Assembly (NCBI GenBank): GCA_048885865.1
Contig: JBHLLF010000022.1
Span: forward strand, 1 to 48,396
Reading direction: 5' to 3'
DNA from: Candidatus Hermodarchaeota archaeon
Lineage (GTDB): Archaea; Asgardarchaeota; Thorarchaeia; Thorarchaeales; Thorarchaeaceae
Length of the DNA stretch: 48,396 nt
Both the position numbers and the translations under genes were made by a program. Under the pieces are notes generated by a model, which saw nothing but the letters and a program-made list of their open reading frames with translations, did not search any database and was not told the DNA's origin. Positions 10,201 to 17,284 of the stretch are shown piece by piece. Position 1 is the first letter of the stretch, and every line of letters starts with the position of its first letter.

Positions 10201-10759
10201 GTTCGACTATATCTGCAACAGCCCATACATCATAGAGGATTAGGAGTAATCCATCAACCTGCTCGACATTACTATGATGGATGTTCTTATCGAGCGATGA
10301 TAGCCTTGGTGCTAGGGTGAAAGTGTTGCCAGTACCAACCACATGCTGGGTCGACCAATATTCTTTCAATAGCTGGTAGAACTGGCGCCACTCCATATCC
10401 CTGTCTTCGAACACAATATGTCCTAGGTCTGTATTGAGCGCATAGATAGATATCCATGGAGCATCATTCAATCGTGCTTCAACTGTGGTGTAGGATGATG
10501 CAGGTATCAACTCAACATAATTCAGCCTGAATGTCAATATCTCGTATACTGCTTCTGCGACTGCTGTCAATACCTCATCGTTGGGATCATAGAAGATATA
10601 GATAGGATCGAGATCATAGCCCTCAAAGGGCTTCGGGAAGAGCTCCTTATCCGTATCTATCATCTGGCCTGCCCAGACAGCCTGCGGGACATAGCCAATT
10701 ACCATTAGCGTTACAAAAGCAAGAGAAAGAAGTTGAATTCTCAATAATCTCTTATTCAT
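4217..10759 (-). CDS. Giant type I membrane protein with thrombospondin type-3-like (DxDxDGLxD) Ca-binding repeats
   Basis: ORF 4217..10771; ATG 10759 preferred because AGGAGGTG lies 9 nt upstream. N-terminal signal peptide, long amphipathic helical region, beta-rich region, ~26 D[ST]DxDGxxD repeats, C-terminal TM (FPWLLVGIAAGAVFGTVLIGYVG) and Lys-rich tail. Confidence 0.9.
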   Translation of the reverse strand: MNKRLLRIQLLSLAFVTLMVIGYVPQAVWAGQMIDTDKELFPKPFEGYDLDPIYIFYDPNDEVLTAVAEAVYEILTFRLNYVELIPASSYTTVEARLNDAPWISIYALNTDLGHIVFEDRDMEWRQFYQLLKEYWSTQHVVGTGNTFTLAPRLSSLDKNIHHSNVEQVDGLLLILYDVWAVADIVEQRAHINSKYENAGKDIRSMAVKLYGDNMETLVRRTLEPVDLVGEEDAFALAQRTEDMWERHAPIIRPAAYEMQEDGSLAEVPLDNLPEDFSPAIRLCSPAEVTSSDFSLGEIPLFSALNGPIGDIIDILLEVLADEGQTEITIPTNIIESIQSAFEVIEPIVGIVSDFDLDSPLKSVVEALASEFPFIEEFKDYLNIMLKALFNLRGDISDILEIVWDLVVALLPDVIPEEVTDFLFDILGVNDGLWDLVSEVVSEGKGVFDAIFGFFTNRALEGVMNKTLAATLGLSSPQISTLLPRMVNFVTATVNFLTSGDYVKFITELGDDLLSSIFSTTGLETAISNLMAVIEMALTAVELVDTYEASTMMQLVIDMLNQFLPSGLTQSADSLTQSLLTVVKTYSEGALSDVNAFKSELLTIVDGAVSGIVTTNQKNLIVDIITLIAGFHNEGFNKNQLPDILEIAHGVINEFGYAHGGYASLAQMQDLGEAIDELIGPVLGIIAMVSDSDALKNFVGKTVSDFQSQLGSIPDMVMKAIDFMDTSNVFSTYQDELEMLSEIAAGVINLIKEAKGQSFQGIMQGLLMSAGMLLGTIPDFDDVPLDPVLKLLQQFFPKAFGLDPQTMPSPQETVNQIFNIIEPLMHSIFDSNTLRELLTFFMEVKDIFTGGVKWLVGKLFDWLGGLLNPVFDDLENTIKELFAGITDLLGYSTTLPIGLGDWSLFDLSISLGIRVEFDIDLTPLFDLIASLIFDARSTFSIDDVGEFFKVIFSFFEITPQFYAELGVGGFDSSKNAIMGTLLSLLGLDLAFEGSAKFVLNLFTFKNGMFAFEDFMKVVEWGLHIKITLSKEFTLIDIFTAGLGGGALAAIMEFLGLDMIKIIFMLAVELDIVKKAASATAPEVSTLTLAITFGITVHIPLDLIIVAIIIDLSMEIILTFFQDFASSAPMKITLRLLFTVEVTFRFLFFEEGDSWTWEPGGPWDLSPSKGTQEYEESGVGFDTDNDGLSDEYEKEIPGLDWQKVDTDDDGADDKLEVQTIGSDPVIPDTDFDGLLDGEEWELGTNVLWPDSDWDDLTDHEEVKIYGTDPLTQDTDGDHLTDAYEVYTRWNLTQTPTVEYVTIGGVKYDDHTDPLNPDTDSDGLLDGQEGPGGAYYGLDSLYNDTEGSGFDPAPLIFNNGYTHPLDADTDDDSWLQLYDGWIDMQLVDDIILEPDGHEGEPYPMSDGNEVAGFTIILYDDEGEPYEKHVYTNPCNPDTDGDTGVSPEERTNPPPGAWLNSDGYELAQDPPSDPTDGDSDDDGLIDGLEGVLRQDSNHTFYLDPDTDDDGLPDMMDILLGTDPLSPDTDLDMVSDGDEFFIYGTSPTLWDSDFDGLSDGEELYFWHSNPMADDSDGDHLMDGYEVLITGSDPMDEDSDNDGLTDFEEFFIYYTLAFVYDTDGDGLSDGDEILVYDTDPLNWDTDHDSIREPNEYGEMTWPMSDYDEVMIWGTNATGPDSDMDGLDDAIELYVGGWTLYMGTSPRPVAPWLDPIPVNPLDKDTDDDWLIDGSEMMLANVSGLIYPYRAITIIYRFNTSPVLMDTDNDSLTDYQEAIVFTSNPRSNDTDNDTILDWWEIWVYNTSALRDDSDGDGLLDNEETLYEIWPWGPWPPTNWSTGIGTGDNGTIGGYVPPFALSDMPPAAFFPAQPMYPTDATNPDSDGDFLPDGAEVLYYETDPMDVDSDNDGIADTYEFDTDLDALPDGIEFHIGLQGTWGGGFLNPDSDMDGILDGDEYYIYGTDPAKMDSDGDGYSDGLEIVLGLDPLAFTSNQEFDLALAVERGQRSMMILLPTAEQEVYQDAQVAVANFTPFQEMWFRYKYDNGTGWVGNISLEYHAAAGQWRSIDHRWDPGNITLEVFGRNNTGVIHAQTVWFIVQPGETPFPWLLVGIAAGAVFGTVLIGYVGHRRGWWSRVGRRLWMRRARADAAKEVKKEKDAKAKPKKTKTSEKEIKKKTGPKKGEGGGR
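4840..7224 (-). repeat. Protein-level TSP3-like repeat array (~26 units, often 22-23 aa)
   Basis: DTDNDGLSD, DTDFDGLLD, DSDFDGLSD, DSDNDGLTD, DTDGDGLSD, DSDGDGYSD etc., with GTDP/T-N-P linkers. Confidence 0.9.
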
Positions 10760-10771
10760 GTGCCCATGCAC

Positions 10772-10920
10772 CTCCTCTCAAGACGTCCGAGAAGAGTAGC
10801 AAGAGCCCAATAGGTATGAGCCGTGGTGGCATCCCCAGCGAATCCTACATCCTATTCACGCTGGCGGGTGCATACGACCTCTCTCTCCCTTTTCGGCCGC
10901 CCAGCGAATATGAGAAGGGC
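10772..10920 (-). promoter_or_regulatory. Structured 5' leader candidate with SD-occluding hairpin
   Basis: On the minus strand CTCTTCTC pairs with GAGAGGAG (10772-10796), covering the AGGAGG SD. Further stems at 10829-10871 and 10887-10919; CCCAGCGAAT occurs twice. Confidence 0.35.
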
Positions 10921-10988
10921 TGCATATCAACGATATAACATTTCCCTATATTTCGTTGGCAAACCTGTATGTGTGCGTAATCTCAATT

Positions 10989-13625
10989 CTATTTGGCGCC
11001 GCCTTTTGCGCTTATCTGACGAAGAACGACCTGCACCAAAATATCTTCACCAAGCTTGATCTGATGCAAATCAGCTTCACCATCGAATACTGTGCCATTG
11101 CACATCCTAAAGCGCCATCTGAATACATTCTGTAGCCCAAGGATTGCTGATTCAAGAACAGCTGCAGTTCTCTTCTTTGATGATACACCACCCGGTTGAA
11201 CTCGAGGGGATATGTCCCACAGATGCTTTCCAACAACATCTGTCTTTTTACAGCCAAATATCCGTAGTGCTGCTCTGTTGAAATCAATGATTTCTGCATC
11301 CCGGAGCAATATAATAGGTTCTTCAAATGAAGAAAAGGTCAACCTATATTCCTCAACACCTTTGCTGATTGCTTTCTGTAGTGACCTGATTCTTGTGACA
11401 TCATGCACCAGGATTTGGAGTGCAGGTGAACCTTCATACAATATCCTAGATGGATAAATTCGATATTGGACAACATGTCCGTTTCTGTGCAAGTACTCAT
11501 CCTCATAACCCTGGGGAGGAGCATCTAGGCGTCCTTCAAGGATGTCATTCAAGGTTTCGAGGGAACCAGCAAGGCTCCGAGGATGGACAACCTCCGTCAG
11601 CCAGTCTTGACCCATCGTGGTTAGTTCTTCTGGACTGTACCCAGAAACCCTAGTCATCGCTGGATTTGCATACACAATTCCAGGCGGAGTGCCCTGTACT
11701 ATGACAAGAGGCTGGTTGCTGGACTCAATCATAGTGCGGAACTTCTCCTCACTGCTCCTTAACTTCAATTCAGCTTTGTGGCGCTCTGTGATGTCCTGAA
11801 GATGTGCGAGATAAGATGTCACAGTACCAGTTCCCTCTACTCCAAGTGCAGAACCATTGATTTGAAGATAGATGGGATCCAGTTTTGTTGTCCTGAATCC
11901 AGCATCTCTCAAGTCATACTGCAATTCAAAACTGATGACCACGCCTTCCTCAATATCTTTCAAGACCCAGTCTGGCAAATTGGGATCTTCTTTCAGTACA
12001 TATTCGGTATAGTCACTTGGCTGTCTCACGCCAAGGATTTCCATTGCCGCTTGGTTTAGCTGCCTTATTCTTCCTTCTGAATTGAATAGAACGATGCCAA
12101 TGGGAGATGCCTCGAATAGGCTTCGGAACCATGACTCGCTGGCCCGAAGCGTTTCTTCAGCCTCTCGCTGCTCAGTTATATCGACTTCTAGGGACTGCAT
12201 TGCTCGCATTCCATCATGCTCAATAATATTCACATACGAGTCTACCCATCTCACTTCACCATTGGGCTGCATATAGCGAAATCTGTGCCTAGGAAGCTCA
12301 CTTGCCCCTTCATCTACAGCTTTGTTTCGCTCTTTCAATTCAGGAATATCATCAGGATGAACCATGCCCCATGTGTCCTTCGCAGACATAGAAAGCAGTT
12401 CTTTCACTGATCTTCCGACAATCTCAGCATATGCAGGATTTGCGAACAATATTCTTCCTTCACTCAATATCACAATACCCTGAATCGACTCATCAACAAG
12501 TCGACGATATCTCTGCTCGCTCCTGTCAAGGGCAGCCATCATAAGTTTCTCACTAGTTATGTCTAGAATAGTTCCCGCTGCTCGAAGGGGAGTCCCCTGA
12601 TCGTCTCTCTCGGCAACCTGTCCCCGGTCAAGAACCCAAATGTATTTGCCATACTTGTTCTTCATCCGGTACTCAGAGGAGTAATTGTTGGACTTACCGT
12701 CTACATGGTCATTCCAAGATTCCGTAGCCATTTTCACGTCATCAGGATGGATAAGGTCCTCCCATTTATCATCCAAGGAATTCATTTCATCAAGAGTATA
12801 GCCAAGCATCTCAGCATACTGCGCGCTGAATTCCATTTGCCCAGTTTTATGATGCCAGTCCCACGGTGCCAGGTTTGCTCCTCTAAGTGCAAGATCAAGT
12901 TTCTCCTGACTGATTCTCAGAGCCTCCTGAGCACTCCTCTGAGAAGTGATGTCTCTTACCACCGAATATATGCTCTCCCCATCGTCATGGAGGCTCATTG
13001 TCACTGAGAACCAATAGGTCTTCCTTCCTATCTTCAGAGAGTATTCAAAGGCATCCGCTTGTCCAGTTTCCTTAACTTTCTCTGCGAGCTCAACGGCCTT
13101 TTTGTTGACTTCTTGGGGAAGTACATCTCTCTCAGCGAGCTCAGTCGATATCTCGAATGTTGTTGGGACAAAGAATCTAGCGCGGGACCTGAGATACATC
13201 CCCCGAACCCGCTTTGCCCCTCTAGCATCTTCTGCTGGCGGTGGATATTGCTCGACAAGACCTTGCTCCAAGAGCTTTCTCAGATGATAGTAGCATTTGA
13301 ATACAGACACATCAAGTTCAGGACTAGCCTCGTTGATCTGATGAAGAATCTCCTGCACATTCATCCAATAGCGAAGGGATGGCGTCTTGACGGTTATCTC
13401 TTCAGTCAACACCGTGCCATCTTCGAGTGTCCTCTCGCTCCGTGTAATTGCGATGTCGAAGCTCTTCTGCCCTGAATCGAGAGCGCGAAGAATCGCACGC
13501 CTTGTAGGGTGATAAAGTGAATCTCTTTGATCACTCGTTTCCAGCACCAAGAAGCTCAATCGTTCAGATTCTGGAAACTCAGGTAATTCAGGACTATGGC
13601 TCGACATTTTGTGAGAATCCTCCAT
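10989..13625 (-). CDS. One-component sensor: N-terminal ArsR-like wHTH plus multi-PAS array (1 partial + 5 PAS), no kinase domain
   Basis: HPTRRAILRAL...CYYHLRKLLEQGLVE (wHTH); PAS/PAC motifs WDW..FS..YAEMLGY, IHPDD, VHPDD and several DIT/DVT ends. The track start TTG 13703 lies in the AT-rich promoter; ATG 13625 or 13607 is more likely. Confidence 0.88.
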   Translation of the reverse strand: MEDSHKMSSHSPELPEFPESERLSFLVLETSDQRDSLYHPTRRAILRALDSGQKSFDIAITRSERTLEDGTVLTEEITVKTPSLRYWMNVQEILHQINEASPELDVSVFKCYYHLRKLLEQGLVEQYPPPAEDARGAKRVRGMYLRSRARFFVPTTFEISTELAERDVLPQEVNKKAVELAEKVKETGQADAFEYSLKIGRKTYWFSVTMSLHDDGESIYSVVRDITSQRSAQEALRISQEKLDLALRGANLAPWDWHHKTGQMEFSAQYAEMLGYTLDEMNSLDDKWEDLIHPDDVKMATESWNDHVDGKSNNYSSEYRMKNKYGKYIWVLDRGQVAERDDQGTPLRAAGTILDITSEKLMMAALDRSEQRYRRLVDESIQGIVILSEGRILFANPAYAEIVGRSVKELLSMSAKDTWGMVHPDDIPELKERNKAVDEGASELPRHRFRYMQPNGEVRWVDSYVNIIEHDGMRAMQSLEVDITEQREAEETLRASESWFRSLFEASPIGIVLFNSEGRIRQLNQAAMEILGVRQPSDYTEYVLKEDPNLPDWVLKDIEEGVVISFELQYDLRDAGFRTTKLDPIYLQINGSALGVEGTGTVTSYLAHLQDITERHKAELKLRSSEEKFRTMIESSNQPLVIVQGTPPGIVYANPAMTRVSGYSPEELTTMGQDWLTEVVHPRSLAGSLETLNDILEGRLDAPPQGYEDEYLHRNGHVVQYRIYPSRILYEGSPALQILVHDVTRIRSLQKAISKGVEEYRLTFSSFEEPIILLRDAEIIDFNRAALRIFGCKKTDVVGKHLWDISPRVQPGGVSSKKRTAAVLESAILGLQNVFRWRFRMCNGTVFDGEADLHQIKLGEDILVQVVLRQISAKGGAK

Positions 13626-13747
13626 AGGAACGCGGAGACCCCATCCATTTTGTATAATGCAATAGCGTATAATAATTTTGGGTATTAATTTACTCTTTGC
13701 CAATTACTCAATATACTAATGCACAACATTTAAATTATAATAGATAT

Positions 13748-13769
13748 TTATTGCAATTAGTTGCAATAA
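13748..13769. promoter_or_regulatory. Palindromic operator candidate TTATTGCAA-ttag-TTGCAATAA in a divergent promoter
   Basis: Perfect 9-bp inverted arms, just downstream of a TATA-like TTTAAATTATAA (13729-13740), between two wHTH genes. Confidence 0.7.
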
Positions 13770-13791
13770 GCACCTAATAGGATGTATTCGA

Positions 13792-14598
13792 ATGGGTGAG
13801 CTGAAAATGCTCGAAACTAATGACAAAGACATTCTCAATGAAATGGGACCGACCCCAAAGGTCATACTCCAAGTTCAGAGTGACGAGCAGAGAAGAGCGC
13901 TCAGTCATCCAGCTAGGAAGCAAATCCTAAGTGTGCTTAGAAATGGAGTCGTAGACTTCACTACAGAAATCAGAAGAGAAGAGAAGACACTCGAAGACGG
14001 CACTGGACTGACTTACATGGTCGAGGTGAAGAGTCCAGCAATGCGATACTGGATGTCTGTGCCTGAGATCATGAAGCGTGTCAACGAAAGATTTCCGGAA
14101 TCTGAGATAACCAATTTTCAATGCTACTACCATCTTCAGAATCTACGTGATCATGGTCTAGTTGAACAATATCCCACCACTGGAGATATTGACGACGAGG
14201 AATCTTCGAAACGTGTCAGAGGCTTGCGATTCCGGACCTCTGCCCAATTCTTTGCTGTAGGAATCCAAGGGGGCTCACTGAAGGATTCAAACAGATTCTT
14301 CAGTATCCTCAATAATGAGCTTGGGGTAATCCTATCTGAAGAAGATAAGGACGCACTGGTCGCACTCCTCAATCAGCAAGACAATACTCTTTTCATTGCA
14401 CAAGAGTATCTCGCTGGTTTTCTGAGTGATACTGATTGCGTCATTTTGCCAATCATTCTAGAAAGACTCGCCCATGCTTTACTCTCTCAAGATCAGCGGT
14501 TCATAGACCGCTATCGAGCAGTGAAGAAGTTGCTTGACCGTTCAGGTGCGACATTTTCAGAGCTTGAAAATCTAGAGACAATGAGGGATGCAGAATGA
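13792..14598 (+). CDS. ArsR-like winged-helix transcriptional regulator, paralog of the N-terminal domain of the divergent PAS protein
   Basis: HPARKQILSVL...YWMSVPEI...CYYHLQNLRDHGLVEQYP, followed by a helical C-terminal domain. Confidence 0.85.
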   Translation: MGELKMLETNDKDILNEMGPTPKVILQVQSDEQRRALSHPARKQILSVLRNGVVDFTTEIRREEKTLEDGTGLTYMVEVKSPAMRYWMSVPEIMKRVNERFPESEITNFQCYYHLQNLRDHGLVEQYPTTGDIDDEESSKRVRGLRFRTSAQFFAVGIQGGSLKDSNRFFSILNNELGVILSEEDKDALVALLNQQDNTLFIAQEYLAGFLSDTDCVILPIILERLAHALLSQDQRFIDRYRAVKKLLDRSGATFSELENLETMRDAE

Positions 14599-15116
14599 GA
14601 AACGTTACAACAGGTGGGAATGTACACAAAACCGTTCTCTTGGGAGAGGGCGGCGTTGGGAAGACCAGTATAACGCTTCGGTATACTGAGGATCGGTTTG
14701 AGGAAAATCTGAAGATCACTATCGGAGCGAACTTCGCAACAAAACAAGTCCTCGTCGGCGAGGAAATACACACTCTGATGCTTTGGGATCTTGGTGGCCA
14801 GCCTCGATTTCGGGATGTAGTGAGTGGCTACTTTCGCGGAGCCAAGATTGCCATTGCGGTCTATGATGCCACTAGGCCGGTCTCATTAGATCGATTGACG
14901 GATTGGATTGAGCGTCTGAAAGAGGAGGCTCCGGATTGCCAACTTGTCTTTGTTGGAAACAAGAAGGATGCTCGAAATAATGGGAATGGTGTGGCGCTTC
15001 AAGAAGGAATTGAATTTGCTCAGAGGTACAACTCACCATGTTTTGAGGTATCAGCAAAGAGTGGTGAAGGCGTCAATGAGCTGTTTGAGATTGTTGCTAA
15101 TATTATGGCAAATTAG
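14595..15116 (+). CDS. Rab-like small GTPase (Ras superfamily)
   Basis: G1 GEGGVGKT, G2 T(IG), G3 WDLGGQ, G4 NKKD, G5 SAK. RabF-like motifs IGANF, LMLW, RFRDV, YFRGA, VYDAT. No C-terminal Cys prenylation motif. ATGA overlap with the upstream gene. Confidence 0.95.
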   Translation: MRNVTTGGNVHKTVLLGEGGVGKTSITLRYTEDRFEENLKITIGANFATKQVLVGEEIHTLMLWDLGGQPRFRDVVSGYFRGAKIAIAVYDATRPVSLDRLTDWIERLKEEAPDCQLVFVGNKKDARNNGNGVALQEGIEFAQRYNSPCFEVSAKSGEGVNELFEIVANIMAN

Positions 15117-15134
15117 AATCATGGAGGATCATAT

Positions 15135-15395
15135 ATGCCAAGGACAAAACTGAATCCATTCCAGTGTCCCGCTTGTGGCAACGGAAGTTTAGTTGAGATT
15201 GAAATTGATGAGAGAATAATAACTGAGGCTGAACGACTGCCAGCGGTTGTGACAACCAATTGCGGGAAGAACCACACACTAGTTGTATTCGTTGATGGGA
15301 AGTTCAAGATTAGGGACATTGAAGTTGCTTCAGCTATGGAAGGCGATTCTAAGGATGCCTTCACAAACACGGAGGACTGGTTCGGTTCGTTCTAA
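15135..15395 (+). CDS. Small Zn-ribbon protein (CxxC...CxxxH)
   Basis: CPACG...CGKNH; GGAGG SD upstream; in operon with the GTPase. Confidence 0.8.
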   Translation: MPRTKLNPFQCPACGNGSLVEIEIDERIITEAERLPAVVTTNCGKNHTLVVFVDGKFKIRDIEVASAMEGDSKDAFTNTEDWFGSF

Positions 15396-15444
15396 TTGCA
15401 AAATCACGATAACACAGTCACAAATCATTCGGAGTTTAGACGAA

Positions 15445-15888
15445 ATGTACGGTATAATGTTGGTAAACCATGCAGGTGAAACAGTTGCCTCAGTCGGTTG
15501 GGAAAACCTTGAGGGCGATGCGACCCTGTTTGGCGGCTTCCTCTCTGCGGTTCAGATATTCATCAAGAAGATTTCTGGAGGCACTGAGGTTGAAGAACTA
15601 CGATTCGGCAATATGAAGCTCGTCATCGGGAGCTCGAATGAATACCATGTTGTCACGCTTCATGAGGCCAATGCGAAAAAGGCGATTTCTGAGAACCGCA
15701 AGGTCACAGAACTCGTTGAAGAAAACATCGATGGACACCAAACGGACGGCTTTCTTGACCTGGTCAGAGAGATGATAACCAGAGATATGGCCTCAGATGA
15801 AGACGTCAGCAGAAGTGTGAAGGATTGGACAAAGTCAGTTGAAGACAAGAAGAATGCTGCAATTGACTGGGGAAAGACTGTGTTGTAG
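15445..15888 (+). CDS. Longin/roadblock-like domain protein
   Basis: From ATG 15445: MYGIMLVNHAGETVAS...DATLFGGFLSAVQIFIKKISGG..VEELRFGNMKLVI..YHVVTL, a beta-beta-alpha-beta-beta-beta-alpha pattern typical of longin domains. Confidence 0.75.
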   Translation: MYGIMLVNHAGETVASVGWENLEGDATLFGGFLSAVQIFIKKISGGTEVEELRFGNMKLVIGSSNEYHVVTLHEANAKKAISENRKVTELVEENIDGHQTDGFLDLVREMITRDMASDEDVSRSVKDWTKSVEDKKNAAIDWGKTVL

Positions 15889-15900
15889 GGTGTGTAAACC

Positions 15901-17274
15901 ATGGGGTTATACGAAACTACTCAACTCTATCTAGGATTAGCGGTTCTATTTGCTGCCCTGACAATTATCCGGTATAGCAGAAGCAAGTCTGCAGAGCTGG
16001 GTGCAGATCAAAAGAGCGCAATAAAGCCGCTGTATATCATAGCATTCGGCATTTTATTCTACAGTCTGGGTGCGCTTTCGATATACATCGAAGACACGCT
16101 GGGAATCTGGATTCTCTTCGACACATACATGGCATACTATGCATGCGCGATGGTCGAAGTGATTTCATTAAGTGTCGCAGCGGTAATGATAATGAACTCT
16201 AGGCGACTATATGCAATACCTGTTGCAATCACCATGGCAACCTCTGTTTTATTCGGTTCTGCATTTGTGTTCGAACAAACGACCGAGTTCCTGTGGGTGG
16301 CTGGATTCTTCCTTCCAGCAATTGTCCTCGTCTTTGTTGGAGGAGTATTCGTCTGGATTGCAAGGGGCACTGGCCGAAGCATCAGTGCCGCGCTTTCTTT
16401 TGCACTAATCACCCAGATTGCAGGATTGCCTGTCATCTACTTCAGCTCAATGCTTGGATCAGAGTTCATCTACACTTTATTCATTGTGCTTATGGGGCCT
16501 GCAATGATTGTATTCTCTTTCCTCCGCCCAGACCAGAAAGTGTCCTTTGAGCTGGTTGGGTATGGAGCAAGCTTTGCGGGACCAGCTATAATCATTGCAG
16601 GCCTCCAAAATGCTGGACTAACCACAGACCCATACTTCCTTGCGATTGCTGGAATGGGGGCGATAGCAGTGCTCTTCTCTCTTGGAACTGGTGCGTATCT
16701 ATATGGCAGATGGAGAGATTCTGGACAAATCCCAACTGGACTTATGATGACTAGTTTCTTCCTGTTGGCGGTTGGACAAATCTCGGGGATGCTAGGCAAC
16801 TTCGAGGTGATTCCCAGTCCAGATGCGTTCTACATCGAATTCATCTTGACTGGCTACGCCCTTGCAATTCTCGCAGTTGGAGCAATCTATGCTGCAGGGT
16901 GGAAGACAGCAGGGCTGGTGCCGATACTGGCATATCTGCCGATTTCAATCATGACGATTCAGGCATATCCTGCAGACATTGCGACAGTCTTCATGAATCT
17001 GATGTACATCACTGTGCCAACCATCGGGATTATGATACTTCCATCTCTGATCTTTATCGGCGTATGGTGGAAGATGCGCTCTAGACAGGCTCCAGGAAGG
17101 TTGCGTCCTTTGGGAGTGGCCCTGGCCATTTTCCTCTTTTTTGCCATCAGACTACCCCCTCTCATCGCTGAGCTCAGCGGTCTCGATTACGGCTACGGAT
17201 GGGTAGTCCTGAGTTTTGGAATGTTCTGGACAGCGCTGACAGGGCGCCTTGACAGGATTGCTGGGACTGTCTAA
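15901..17274 (+). CDS. Polytopic membrane protein, ~15 TM, apparent tandem of two 7TM-like units
   Basis: 457 aa with ~15 hydrophobic segments; basic loops after TM1/TM5 (RYSRSK, ARGTGR) recur after TM9/TM13 (GRWRDSG, KMRSRQ). Confidence 0.8.
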   Translation: MGLYETTQLYLGLAVLFAALTIIRYSRSKSAELGADQKSAIKPLYIIAFGILFYSLGALSIYIEDTLGIWILFDTYMAYYACAMVEVISLSVAAVMIMNSRRLYAIPVAITMATSVLFGSAFVFEQTTEFLWVAGFFLPAIVLVFVGGVFVWIARGTGRSISAALSFALITQIAGLPVIYFSSMLGSEFIYTLFIVLMGPAMIVFSFLRPDQKVSFELVGYGASFAGPAIIIAGLQNAGLTTDPYFLAIAGMGAIAVLFSLGTGAYLYGRWRDSGQIPTGLMMTSFFLLAVGQISGMLGNFEVIPSPDAFYIEFILTGYALAILAVGAIYAAGWKTAGLVPILAYLPISIMTIQAYPADIATVFMNLMYITVPTIGIMILPSLIFIGVWWKMRSRQAPGRLRPLGVALAIFLFFAIRLPPLIAELSGLDYGYGWVVLSFGMFWTALTGRLDRIAGTV

Positions 17275-17284
17275 TATGACTCAA

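Noticed and set aside
10989-13625. Calling the PAS protein a histidine kinase
   Set aside because: No H-box or N/G1/F/G2 ATPase motifs; the protein ends after the last PAS
13626-13703. TTG-start extension of the PAS protein
   Set aside because: It falls in the AT-rich divergent promoter; downstream ATGs fit better
15283-15444. N-terminal extension of the longin ORF in the track
   Set aside because: It overlaps the Zn-ribbon gene by 113 nt; the domain starts cleanly at ATG 15445
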